Under the pieces are notes generated by a model, which ran no database searches, was not told the DNA's origin, and saw nothing but the letters and a program-made list of their open reading frames with translations. 64,000 nucleotides of DNA, taken from positions 2,046,001 to 2,110,000 of the forward strand of contig OZ218950.1 in assembly GCA_965112735.1 (NCBI GenBank), given 5' to 3'. This document shows, in pieces, positions 1 through 12,343 of the stretch. This DNA is from Phaeosaccion multiseriatum. Lineage: Eukaryota > Protista > Ochrophyta, other classes. A program made the position numbers and the translations under genes. Each line of letters opens with the position of its first letter. Within the stretch, counting starts at the first letter, position 1.

Positions 1-300
1 TCGGTGATGGTGTGCGCGTCTCGAAAGTAGCCGTCGCATATCTTGCATACCAGGTAAGGGTTCATGTCTCGCAGGTATATGTCAATCTTCTGCTTCCCCA
101 ACGCGTCGGCGGCAGGGGGCTTTGCGGTGGCCCCTGTTGGCTCGCCAGAGAGCTGGGTACAGGGATGAGGGATTAAAAGCAGGGGGGGAAGGCGTGAGTC
201 CTTCTATTCTTCGCTCCTCACCTTCCTTGTGTGCACCCCTTCCTTTTCCTTTCCGTACCTTCCGCTTCTTGGTGCTGCTTGCCCCGCCATTGTCTTTCAT
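1..300 (-). CDS. Polycomb group RING finger protein (PCGF/BMI1/Psc family, PRC1), 5' part; runs off the window edge
   Basis: Exon 300-259 (MKDNGGASSTKKRK, donor GTACGG) splices in frame to exon 152-1 (acceptor CCCAG): LSGEPTGATAKPPAADALGKQKIDIYLRDMNPYLVCKICDGYFRDAHTIT. This matches the BMI1-type RING start LNPHLMCxLCGGYFIDATTI. Not in the supplied ORF track. Confidence 0.85.
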
Positions 301-559
301 CGATTCTTCACCCTCCCTCCTTTTCCCTTCCAATGTCCTTCTTCGCTTCCAATTGATTCAATCTGTGCGCACTTTTTCGAGGCTATATACAGCTGCTGCT
401 GCTTTGTTCGGTTCTGTGCTAACACTATGATGCGAGCGGGTCCTTTTTTTTGCTTTGTTTGGTTGTCTATCTTTTCCCCTCCCCCCCTCTGGTGCCATCT
501 TCCCTCTCTCTTTTCTTTTTTTTCCTTCTCCAAGACCCTGCTGGTAGCTGCTCCACCAC

Positions 560-1276
560 ATGCAAGTGTAAGTGCCTTTATTTGAAGTCTTCGAACCTGT
601 GTGGTTCGCGAGCTGATGGTCGGGTGTTGACTCTTGCCTTAATTCCCCCTCACTAACCTCGCTGCTCGCTCCCTCTGTGTATCTGCTGCTGATATCTGCT
701 GCTGCTCCTGCTGCTGCCCTCAGCATCAATCATGATCACCTGGTGACCAACTTCGAGGTGCTGGAGCTTGTGAAAGCTCGCATAGCGGCTCGGAGGGAAC
801 GAAGCTCGCAAGGGGGGGGAGTGGCGACAGGGGGAGGAGGAGGGGGGGAAGAAGGAAATGGAGGCCCCGGCGCCGCGGGGGGGGAATCATCGGGCCTGGC
901 GGGCGCAGGACACGGAGGAGGTATAGGGAGTGCGGGCGCGGTGCACGACCGAGGCCTGGCGGGGAGGGACTATGTAGAGCTGCGCCTTTTGAACTTCCTA
1001 GAGGACTCCCCTAGCGCCACCCAAAGCCGAGAGAGCATCATGCGCTGCTGGAATGCGCTGGATGACTTTATAGGCAAAGACGGCAACCACGCCTTCACCA
1101 CAGCCGAGAAGCTGCAGCTCATCAACTACCCTCCGACGGAGCTTGTGGAGGTGCATCTCATGGTGGAGGACTGCCACAAGCGCATGAACGACTCGCAGAC
1201 CGAGCGACTCACAGAGACCATCAAGGAGGCTTTGGCAGGAGCCGACGGTAGCGTTGCAGGAGGGGCACAACCGTGA
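560..1276 (+). CDS. RPC9: RNA polymerase III subunit RPC9 (C17/CRCP, Rpb4 family)
   Basis: 8-nt first coding exon ATGCAAGT (560-567), intron GTAAGT..CAG 568-723, exon 724-1276. Protein MQVINHDHLVTNFEVLELVK...FTTAEKLQLINYPPTELVEVHLMVEDCHKRM carries the LTNxEV and EKLQLIN-P motifs of RPC9. Confidence 0.88.
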
Positions 1277-1592
1277 AGCAAGCACGCGAAGCGGGGAGCG
1301 GACGGAAGCGGCTGGGAGTGGGCGGGAGCCGACAACACGACACCATTGGGCAGGGCAAGAACGGCCGTGTCTGGGTACGAAGTGTGATTCTCAGTGGCCT
1401 GGCCCCAACCAGGCAGTAAGGACGTTCAAGGACTCATTCAAGGACTCTTAGAGTGTGGTCAAGGAAATGGGCATCGAACTGGGCATCGAAAGGTGTGGGA
1501 CAAGGATGCGAGAAGGATGCTGTGGGCCCCAGCTCGACTTGACTGATCGTCGACTTGCCGATTTACTGGGCGAGTTTCCTCTGTCGCCGGTG

Positions 1593-1651
1593 AGGAAGGA
1601 AGGAAGGAAGGAAGGAAGGAAGGAAGGAAGGAAGGAAGGAAGGAAGGAAGG
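1593..1651. repeat. (AGGA)n tetranucleotide microsatellite
   Basis: About 14 perfect copies between the convergent RPC9 and bHLH genes. Confidence 0.95.
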
Positions 1652-2628
1652 CCACAGCCTTATTGAACCTGCCTCGAGCCCCGCAAGAGAGGGAAGGACG
1701 CGCAGGAAAGAGCGAAAGCAGCATCACCACTGGGTTGTGGGGCGTGGGAGAAGAGAGCAGCAAACAGGTGTTGCACCAGGTGTGCCCATGTATCGATATG
1801 CCACGGGCTGGTGCTGTCCTCGCCATACCCTACGCCCAGAGCCACGCCACGCGTTGTTCAGGATGCTGATGCGCTTATGCTCAAAGGTTTCGGGACCTGC
1901 AGGGTTTGTTACTTCATCAGACGATGGGACACTCCAGTGAGCACGTGAGCACTGCTTGCGTTTGTCGCACAGGAGGGTTTCAACCCAGGCCTGCCGACTG
2001 CGCCTTCGTCGCTCGTGTTGGCTGTCTATCTGTAGGTTGGTGGTTGGTGGTAGGCGCGGGCGTGTGCAGACTAGAGAAGGAAGACAAAGAATGGGGATTT
2101 GTTGGAGGTCGATGCCATTTTTCTTCTTCAAGAGCTCGGGTTCCTCTCTTTTTTGTTTTTTAAAAAATATTTATGCGGCGCCGAGTCGCACACTGCGTTT
2201 ACGCTCGTCGCCGATCCGCCCTCCTCCACTCCTCCTAGCTCCCCACCCACCCATCTCCTCCATAAACTACAAGTCCTCTCGGAAGCCTCCACTGCTTTTT
2301 TTACGTAAACGAGAGGAAGCCGAATGATGCCACCACACAACACACAAACTCACCGACAGTAACCTCCGCTTCTCCCTCCGTGACTGTCCCTCCCTTTTAT
2401 CTTTTATCCTCCACTCTATGGTACCGTAATCAATTCTCTACATCACTGCGAGTGTTGGTCACGCACCCCCCCGTCCCCTACTCCCTTTCCAATTTGGCTA
2501 TTTGGACAACGGCAAAGGCGACTTGACAAGCCCTCTCTGACCCTGTGGATAGAGGCATACGTGCCCTCACAGACCAGCTATCCTTAAAACTGAATCCAAG
2601 CCACACACAAAAGCGCAACCAAATGTCC

Positions 2629-3142
2629 TCACGCGCACACAGCGTGTGTGACCTTGTCTGTCTCGGGATCTCCGGCCAGGGCGGCTGACGCAAATTGAGG
2701 AACGGGCAGCATTGGCACGGCGGATCCGGACGCCAAAGCGAAGCACTGGGCCCCTCCGGGCTTGCCCACCACATCCGAACCCTCCGCTCCCTCTCCTCCT
2801 GGAGCCACCTCCTTGTCGCTCGCGGCGGCTCGCTGCCAGCTGGGCTGCTGCTGCTGGGCAGCGCCGGCGGGGGCCTGAGGGTGCGGCATATACATGGGTA
2901 CAATCACATACTGCTGCTGCTGCTGCTGCTGCTGCGTTCCGCCAGCCCCAGCGGGAATCGGCACAGAGAACACTTGCGGGTGCTGGCCGTGCGTCTGCTG
3001 TATCATCAACTGTTGCTGCTTCATGGCGGCCGCGGCGGCGGACAGCAGCGATGGCGAAGGCACAGGCAGAGACATTCCCGTGCCCCCCACGTGAGCGGAG
3101 ACCCCAACACAACCAGCCATCTCATCTACCGTTGCCAATGTG

Positions 3143-3180
<38 letters not shown>

Positions 3181-4206
3181 AGACGAAGCCGTCACCGCTG
3201 TCGCGAGCGCTCCTTCTCCTTCCACACCAGCGTCTCTGGATGTCTCTTCCATGTCTGGTGGCGGAGCGACTCCGGAGTCCCTGAGGATGGCCAGACGGCG
3301 CAATATGCGTATGGCTCTCCCTAAGATCTCCACTCGCGTCGTGTTGGGCGGAGAGGCAGCAGCAGCAGCCACCGACGCCACTCCACCAGACGCCTTCTCT
3401 CCTTCTGCTGCTGCAGCTGCTGCTGACCTTGGGTCACCCCCTCCGACCCCCATTGTGGCTTCCACCCCGTCCAGAACCTTCTGCAGCTCCTCGAACTTGT
3501 CATTCAGTTCGATTCGCCGCTTCTCGCGTGTTTTCTTCCTGTTCAGTCTGTCTGCCGGCGTGTCTGATCGCTCCGTCGCTCCTGTCTCCGCTTCTGCCAT
3601 CAGCGACAGCACCTGTTGCGTCGCTGCCGCCGCCGCTGCATTGCAATGAATGTCCGTCAGGTCAGAGATACCGAGAGGCGCGGGTTCACCTTGTGCATGC
3701 GGCAGTGCCGTTATCGTAGCAGGCAAACAAGAAGTGGGTGAGGATGATGATGGTAATGGTGGGGACCACGTTGAAGGAGCTTCGCCCCTGTCCTCTGCTG
3801 CATTCATGCTCACATCGCTGCTTCTTTGATCATCAGATGAGACGCTCTCACACAAGTCGCTGAACGAGCGCTTCTTCTTTTGCTGCTGCGACACGATGCC
3901 CTCTTCCCCCAAATCCCCACCAGCCGGAAGTGAGGCGGGCGGTAACTTCTCAAAGACCCCACCGCTTTGCCGTTGATGGAGCTCCAACAACGAGGCCAAG
4001 TCAAACATGTCCTCCGAGCCGAGATGCTCCTCCAGCCCTCCTTCCTCTCCTCCTAGAAGTAGTCCTTCCTCGAACTCATGGCCCTGCTGCCCTTGCGGCG
4101 CCTGTTGCTGCTGCTGCCCCTCGTGGTGCTGGTGCGACTCATTCTGAACACCCCCTTTAATCTCCTTGAAAGCTGAGGGTGACGCCACTGTTGCTGAGCT
4201 GCTCAT
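2629..4206 (-). CDS. bHLH transcription factor, apparently intronless, with poly-Q/poly-A tracts
   Basis: 525-aa ORF. Basic/helix 1 DRLNRKKTREKRRIELNDKFEELQKVL, long low-complexity loop, helix 2 TTRVEILGRAIRILRRL. Confidence 0.85.
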
Positions 4207-4621
4207 TGCTACTGTCGCTGCGCATGAGACGCCTCCTGCCCGGGGAGGGGGGGGGGGGGGGCAACCGCAAGCTTCCGGTGGAGATACCCGAAAGGATCAA
4301 TCGAGGGGGGCCGGAGCGGGTGCCTCGAGAAGTGTTTCGAGGAACTGAACTGGTAAAGTCGGTCTTGATTGAGGCTAAAGAACACCTCTTCTTCAAATGA
4401 GGGACAAAAGGAGCCTCAGAATGATCAAGTTTCAGTTTCAGTTTCGGTTCCTTGGAATGTAGAGGATATCGATCTGAAATATCGACCTACCTCACCCCTC
4501 CCATATTCATATTTTTTTGGGCATTTTTTTTGTGTGTGTTGTAGTAGCGGACCAGCAGCGTGTAGGCGGAAAGACACGCCTAGTACCCTTATTGCTGGAG
4601 GGCAGGGAAGGCGTGGCCAGG

Positions 4622-7600
4622 ATGAAAGTGAGCATCACAGCCGGGGTGTGCCTCGCTGCAGGGGTGAGCCTCTGTCATGGCTTCACGGCTGCTCCCTCCA
4701 TGGGGCATACGACCCAGAGGACGGATAGCAGCAGCAGCAGGAGTAGCAGAGGAGCCACGACTACGATGAGCATGGGGATGGGAAGTGGCAGTGGACGCAG
4801 TAGCAGTACGGGGGCCTTTGTGGCGCCGTTGACGGGCAGGAACGCCTGGTGTAGCAGCAGCTACGGTAGCAGGAGCAGCAGGGCGGGCAGGTGCACCGCA
4901 GCGGCAGCTCTGAGCATGCTGGTGTCCCCCAAAGGCGAGGACAGCTTCAAGGAGTTTGCGGGGGACAACGAGGCCAATGTGGTGAGGAAGACCCTGTCGG
5001 GTATGTCCCGTAACATGGCCAAGGTGGTGACCACAGGGGTGGTGCCTGCTGCGGCGCTGCTAGGAGCCGTCATCGCTCCGGGAGGAGCAGTGGTTTCCGT
5101 CGTCGGTACGTGTGTGCAAGCAGAGTGAACATGTCTGTGCATCCTCTTGCGGGCCAGGGCGAGATGCGTTTCATTCTCTCTGTCCACCAACTGCCTAACA
5201 CATGTGTGTGACTGGACACAACGGGTGCTGTCTTTCATGACGGTTCTCCTGGGCTTGCCGCGTATTTGGTAGCACCTCATCAAATTCAAAACCCCTTGAG
5301 TGGAGTGGAATGGAAACGCTGCTATGTCTATCCCAAGCCACGCCCCCTTCGCTCCCACACCACCCCACCCCACCCTCCCTACACTTTGCCGTGATCTGTG
5401 ATGTAACCCGCGATTGTCTCCCTGTCCACCACAGGGGGTGCCATCAGCGGCGGAGCTGCCACCACAGCGCGGAAAAGGTTAATACAGGAGCGGAAAAGCG
5501 CCGCCCCGGCCAATGTAGCACAGCTCCTCGACGAGCAGGGCTTCGCCAACGTCACTCCGGAGGATATTCAGGGCGTCTTTGATCAGTTCGATCTCGACGA
5601 GGTAGGGAGAGAGAGAGAGGCAGGGAGAGAGAGGTCGAGAGAGGGAGGGAGAGAGAGGCAGCAAGGGAGGGAGGGAATGTGCCATGCTCCAAAGCCTAGC
5701 GTTTCGGTCAGGACTTCTTTCCACACACACACCCGCACGTACACACCCACGCACACCCACACGCACACTCATATTTCCCTCCTTCTAACGTGTCTGCCAT
5801 TCCTCTGCCTCTGCCTGCCACCCACTTCCCTCTTTGCCTCTACCCCCTTTCTTGTCCGGCCCTCTTCTACCCTACCCTCTTACCCTCTCCTGCTCTACGC
5901 TACCCTCTACTACTCTTACCCTCCCGCAAAGGAGGAGCAAGGCGCCATTCTGGAGGACATTTACAAGCGGTTTGTGGTGTCTCAGTGCCGTGACAGCACC
6001 CCTACCACCGCCGAAATTCAGGAGCTCAAAACGCTCAAAATGTCGCTGGGCCTGGACGGGGGCATGGTGGGCAACGCTCTCACAGAGGCGGCCGAGGAGA
6101 TATATGAGGAGCGCACTGCCAACACTGATCCGGCCGATCTCCTTGTGAGTAGGAGTTTGAGTTTGCCTCTCATAGTAAGGCCTCGTTTTGTCTCTAGCGT
6201 GCTCATGTTCGTGTTCGTGCTGGTGCTCATGATTCGTTACATTCTTTGCTTGCTCCCGGAATTCCTGCCCGTTTCCCTCTCTCTTAGCCCCTTCCCTCCC
6301 TCCCTCTCTCCCTCTCTCCCTCCCTTCCTCTCCCCCCCCCTTCCTCTGTCCCTCCCTCCCTCCTCCCCCTCGCCCCCTCTCCTTTGGCTCCTTGACTCCC
6401 TCCATGTCTCACCCATCGGGGGGTGTGTGTCATCAGGACCCGTACAACTTGGACAGAATGGCGCTCAACAAGTTCCTCTTCCTCGCGGATCGAGTCATGC
6501 GCACCACAGACACAAAGGAAGCATACGACTTTGAGATGAGCAGGATCCGCAAGGTAGAGGAGCTGGCGAAACAGAGGGAGGGAGGGAGTGGGCGATTTGG
6601 GGATATGTTACTCTGCCTCGCCATACTCCTTGTTGCTGCTCCTGCTGCTCCTGCTGCTGCTGCTGATGGGCGCTTCCACCCGGGCCTCTTACAACCGATC
6701 TTCCTCCCTCCACAGGCATTCTTCATGTCGGCGAGCGAAGTTAACAAGCGTCTGACGGACGTGGCAACCCCCTTCTACTTGACCGCCCTTTCAAAAGTCA
6801 ACCAAAACTTGGGCAAGATCACGCCGGAGGCACTCAAGAAGGCTCAGGTGCGATAGGTCAAGATGGTGTTGTCGTGCTGCTGTATCACTAACTGCTGCTG
6901 CTGCTGCTGCTCTGCTGCGATGAGTCAGGTCTGACTTGATAGTCGCCCAGCACGAATTTTGTCCTCGTCATGCTTATTTCCTCGATCGAGCCCACACTCA
7001 CACTCACACTCACATCCCGCTCGCTCGCTCGCTCGCACCATATCGGCCTTGTTGCCCCCCCCCAATCACATGTACTTCCTTGGCGCACTTCCGTTCTCTC
7101 AGACCTCTCTGGGCCTAAGCAATGACGCCCGCGACAACCTCCACAGAGACGCTTTTCGTGCCGAGATCAAGAAGCTTCTTTCAGCCAATGAGCCCAAGGC
7201 ATTCATGGAAGGGGACAAGGAGCGTCTTCAACAGATGGCGAAGGTGTTGGGTATCGACAAGGCAGACAGCGTCGGGTACATTCGCAAGATCACAGAGCCT
7301 CTGTTTGAGTTTAGGGCAGAGGCGATTGTAGCTGAGGACTTTATCGAGCACGGGGCTACAAGGGAGAGCGCGGCAGAGTATGTGGAAGGGTTGCTGGAGC
7401 AGCTGGACGGTTTGGAGCTGGAAGTGGCTACGGGGCGGGACATTCTCAGCGACGAGGTGGTGGGGCTGTTGAGGGGCATTACAGAACAGGCGCTGACGTA
7501 CAGCCAGGTGGACAACACCAAGAAGGCCAAGGAAGTGTTTATGGAGGAGATTCCCTTTATTCAGGGCACCGACGCCATTCTTGCCAAGCTTGAGGAGAAG

Positions 7601-7938
7601 GTGATGGACGAGGCGGCCAAGGTGGGTATAGGGTAGGGTAGGAAAGGGTAGGCCAAGGTAGGGTAGGATAGGGTAGGATAGGGTAGGTCAAGGTAGGGTA
7701 GGGTAGGATATGGTAGGGCAGTATAGGGTAGGGTAGGGTAGGGTAGGGTAGGATAGGGTAGGTCAAGGTAGGGTATGGTAGGGCAGGGTAGGGTATAGGG
7801 TATGGTAGGGCAGGGTAGGATACGGTAGGATACGGTAGGGCAGTATGTGGTAGGATAGGGTAGGTCAAGGTAGGGCAGGGTAGATGGGCTGTGTGAGGGA
7901 TGGAGGGGAAGGGTAGAGGGGTTGTGGTGGGGGGAGGT

Positions 7939-7982
<44 letters not shown>

Positions 7983-10423
7983 CCTTGCCAGTCTTCCTTC
8001 GCCCTTTTCGTTGGCTGCTCCTTGGCTTCTCCTTGGCTGCTCCTTGGCTGCTGAGGCGGGTGGCCATTGCTTCACGGCTTTGCCTATCGGCTGCCCTGGA
8101 CCAACTCCCACCACTCACGTGCACATACACACTCCCCTCACACACCATGCACACGTACGTACAAACTCACATACGTACATACACACATACGGACGTACAC
8201 CACAGAAGAAGACATTGATCGACAAGAAGAACGTCGCGGCAAGGAAGGCGATGCTGGACAAGGTGGGGGGCGGTCTCAACACCGTTCTGGAGGGCGGGCC
8301 AGCCATTGACGAGGAGTCCGTCTTCAGAGACGTGGGCTCCGAGGATTGCGAGAAGCTGTACGAACGTGTGTTGGTGACCTTCCTCGGGCACGACCTGACG
8401 GAGGAAGAGGAGACTGTGCTGGCCCTCATTGGGACGCTGCTGGGCCTGGATCAGGACGACCGAGACGAGATCTTTCAGGTGAGCGGGTAGATGCGTAGTA
8501 AGTCATGGGTGGGTGGTAGGTATGAAGTCAATGGGTGAGTGGGTGGAGGTGGATGGCCGGGTGGGTGCGTGCGTGCGTGCGCGTGTGTGTGTGCTCGTTT
8601 TTAGCGCCACGTTTTTCCGGGCTGGGTTTGACTGATTCTTCCAATCCCCTGCCAATTGTGAAAACAGGAGAACACAGAGCCCAAGCTTCGGCAACAAGTG
8701 TTGGACTCGACGGCCAAGGCGGTACGTGGTCGAGCTTAAGCTTAGCTGGTACATGACGACTGCATGGAAACCCACCCCACCGCCCCCACGCCCCACACCC
8801 ACACCACAACCCACACCTCACACCTCACACCTCACACCTCACACCTTACTCTGTGCTGGCCTCGCTCTCTCTTTCCAACCCACCTCACACCCCACACTCA
8901 CGCCGTCACAACCGACACGCTCCACACTCTTCACTTCCCTTTCAACTTCATCTTGACTTTTGCTCCCACAGATGGAGACCGGGGAATTCTCCGACGAGGC
9001 ACAGGCGGAGAATCTTGCCCTGCTTGCCAAGCTCGGCATCGACCCGGAGGTGTACGAGCTTATGACGGTGGAGGCGTACGAAAGGGAGCTGAAAAAGAGG
9101 GTCAAGAAGGGCCACGTCATGACAGACAAGGAGAGCCAGCAGTTGAAGCAGCTTGCCACGTTCCTTCAGATCCCACAGGAGGAGGTGGATAAAGCACATA
9201 AGATTCTGTGCGCACCCGTCTATCGACAGAGCATTTTGGAGGCGTTTGGGGCGACAGGGATTGTGCCGCCCGATGTACGGGCGACGCTCCGCGCCCTGCG
9301 TATGCGGCTTGGTATCAATGAGGAGGATGCAAAGCAACTGTTCTTCAAGGCTGTCGGGGTGAGGATGAAGGATATGGTCAAGTCGCTCTTTTACGAGTTC
9401 GAAAGGAGTGTGCTGAGCAAGAAAGAGCTGGGCAAGGTGCGGGGGGCGGATCAGGGGGATGACCCTCTTGTCAAGGGGTCGAGCTCGCTGGGGATTGAAT
9501 CGGATGTTGCCGTTACTTCAGAGGCTCTCAACCTTATTGACTTTTACATGGCGAACGGCGTGGCTCAGCTCAAGCCAAAGCCCAAGAAGAAGACAAAGGA
9601 GGGGGAGGAGGAGGAGGAGACGGGGCCAGACGAGTACGAGTATCCGGTCAACTGCAGAGATTATGACGAACCGGAGCCGGCCAAGAGAGAGAAAATGTAC
9701 GAGAGCTTTGTGATTAGCAGCTTCACCGTCACGGGGCGGGATGCGTCTCGATACAGCGCAGAGAAGCAAGGCCACTTGGCAGGTATCTTGGGCATTGCCC
9801 CTGCGACCGTGCAGAGGATTCAAGAGGAGATTGGCACCAAGGCGGTGGAACAGTACCTGAAGAATGCGCTGAGTAAGGCGCCACAGCTGTCCCCACAGGA
9901 CATTGCCTACCTGGCGCAGATTCAGACGAGGCTTCATGTGTCAGAGGCCGAGTTTGAGGACATTTGCATGAAGGTCAAGAAGCAGGTCAGTCAGTCAGTC
10001 AGTCAGTGAGGGAGGGAGTTAGAGGGGTGAGGGGGGCTAGAAGGAAGGGGACGTGGAGGAGATGAGGTGTAGGAGGGGAGAGGAGAATAGAAGGGGACAC
10101 AGGAGAAGAGTAGAGGAGAGGATGGGGGGGGGGGAGGGGGGAGATGGAGTGATGTGCTCAGGAATTAATGGGGAGGAGGAGGAGGAGGAGGAGGAGCAGC
10201 AGCAGGAGGAGCGGGAAGAGGAGGAGGAGGGGAAGGAGGAGAGCTGACCTGCAGCCTTGCTGGCTTGGGCTGTGTTGTGTACTGCCCCCCCCCCCCCTTC
10301 CACTGCTCCGCAAGGCCGGCCTGCGGCGACTCATGATCACTTTGACGCCCACCTGTCACTCACGCGTACCCCTACTCCCCCCCCCAACTCTCTCTCTCTC
10401 CCTCTCCCTCCCTCCCTCCTTCC

Positions 10424-10457
<34 letters not shown>

Positions 10458-10737
10458 CTCCTTCTCCCTCTCTCCCACTCTACCCTCTCCCCCTCTCTCT
10501 CTCCCTCTGTGTGCGTGTGCGGCTCATCTTCAGATTGTGGAGGCCAGGCAGGTGGAGGTGCTCAACACCGACAAGCCCAACCCCCAGGCTGTGCTGGCGC
10601 TGCGCTCCCTCATCAACAATTTGGGCATGGACATGGCGACGGAGCTGGATGTAGAGGAGCGGCAGCTGCTGTTTACGGTACGTGCCATAGGTGCCAGGCC
10701 AGGACGGCACTAGGAGAGAGAGGGGGGGGAGGGGGCG

Positions 10738-10768
<31 letters not shown>

Positions 10769-12084
10769 GCTCTGTCAGGCTGTGTTGTCTCTCTTGTTTG
10801 TCGCCTTGCCAACTCTCCACCTATTCGTACTTGCTCGGCCAATCAAACGCAAATCCTTTTCGTCCGCGTATGCGCCTCGGTGCGCTTTTGTGTGTGCGTA
10901 CGTGCGTGCATGTGCGTGCGTCTGCGCGTGTGTGTGCCTGTGTGTGTGTGTGTGTGTATTATACATGTGGTTGTGTGTTATCTCAATTTGTTTGTCTGTT
11001 TGCGTGTTGAATCAGGCTGAGCTGGAGCCCGGCGTAGAGAGCGGCTCCGTATTCGAAGACGAAGAAATGGTTGCCGATATTCGAGACGCCTATGGCCTTG
11101 AGGACGAGGAGGCAAACAACGCCATAATGACCATGCTGGAGGACCGCACAAGGACGGCTCTGGACGACCTCACAACGGGGGCGAAGCTGCAGGAGGCGGG
11201 CAAGTTATTGGGGGCAGTGGATCGCATTCTTAACTACGTGGAATTGGCTGGGGGTGAGCTGCCGGCAGAGAACTTCATGGACGATCAGGTGAGTGAGTTG
11301 GTGATACTGAGGGAGTGGGGTGTGGGGGGGGAGGTGAGTGGGAGGGAGGAAGGGGAAGTGGGTGGGTGAGTGAAGGATTGAGGAAGTGCGTGGGTGCGAG
11401 GGATGGGAGTTTGTGAGTGGGGGAAGTGAGATTCGTTAAGTTTTTACCAACATGCGACCTTCGCCCACCAATACACTCACGCACCCACGTGTGACGATTG
11501 ATTTTACAGGACCGAGACAGGGTGATGGCCATGTACAAGACGGCAGTGGACGGTCAGGGGGACACCCCGGAGGAGGAGAAGGCCGTCCAAGAAAAGATCG
11601 GTAAGTAGGCTGTGGGGCGAGAGGAAGAGAGGGAGAGAGGGAGAGGAAGAGACAAGAGCGGCCGGGGGTGGTGGAGTGGGAGAGATGGGGCATGTCGGAG
11701 GTGTGCTTCTCTCTGTCTTGAGCGTCTTTTTGTCTTTTGTGTAGTCACGCGAGCGAGCGAGAACAACCTGTCCTTTCGCAAATGCCGAACAGAAGATTGG
11801 CGATGCACTTCGAGCGTGGGGTACACCATTGATTGCACACAACCCCAACGCCAACACCATGACCAAACCTTACCTTACCAAACCTTGACCCCTCCCTCAC
11901 CTCCCCTCCAAACCTTTGCCCCCCCCCCCATCCTCTCTCATGCATCCATCACCCCAACGACTCACATCATTCATTGGCAGTTGCCCTCTACGACGCGATC
12001 CGAGAGCCCACCGCGCGAGAGAGGGCCGACAAGGCGGATGCCAAGTGGAAGCCCGAAGTGGAGACGGGGTCAGGAGGACCGTGA
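4622..12084 (+). CDS. TIC110: Tic110-like plastid inner-envelope translocon protein, 13 exons
   Basis: In-frame exons 4622-5105, 5435-5601, 5932-6144, 6437-6553, 6716-6847, 7103-7621, 8206-8478, 8668-8721, 8972-9985, 10534-10677, 11016-11288, 11510-11600, 11981-12084. Bipartite leader MKVSITAGVCLAAGVSLCHG-FTAAP, two N-terminal hydrophobic segments, then a long helical-repeat body (EIQELKTLKMSLGLD, LNKFLFLADR, LRALRMRLGINEEDA). Confidence 0.78.
7622..7883 (+). repeat. Degenerate (GGGTA)n pentanucleotide array at the 5' end of Tic110 intron 6
   Basis: Starts at the donor GTGGGT; includes GGGTAGGGTAGGGTAGGG runs. Followed by (GTT)n at about 7940-7982. Confidence 0.9.
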
Positions 12085-12154
12085 TGAGGCAGCAGGGTCA
12101 CACAACCAGACCACCAGGCGGACACACACACATGCACACATACCACAAGGGATG

Positions 12155-12192
<38 letters not shown>

Positions 12193-12227
12193 CTGAGAGC
12201 TCCTTGTTTCTGAGAGAGGCGTGTCTC

Positions 12228-12257
12228 AACAACAACAACAGCAATAACAGCAGCAGC

Positions 12258-12343
<86 letters not shown>
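12228..12343. repeat. (AAC)n trinucleotide microsatellite downstream of Tic110
   Basis: Long near-perfect AAC run; a (GT)n run precedes it at about 12156-12190. Confidence 0.95.

Noticed and set aside
7622-7883. Interstitial telomere or telomerase-added repeats
   Set aside because: The units (GGGTA, GGGGTAT) are degenerate and do not match TTAGGG or TTTAGGG; the organism's telomere repeat cannot be determined here.
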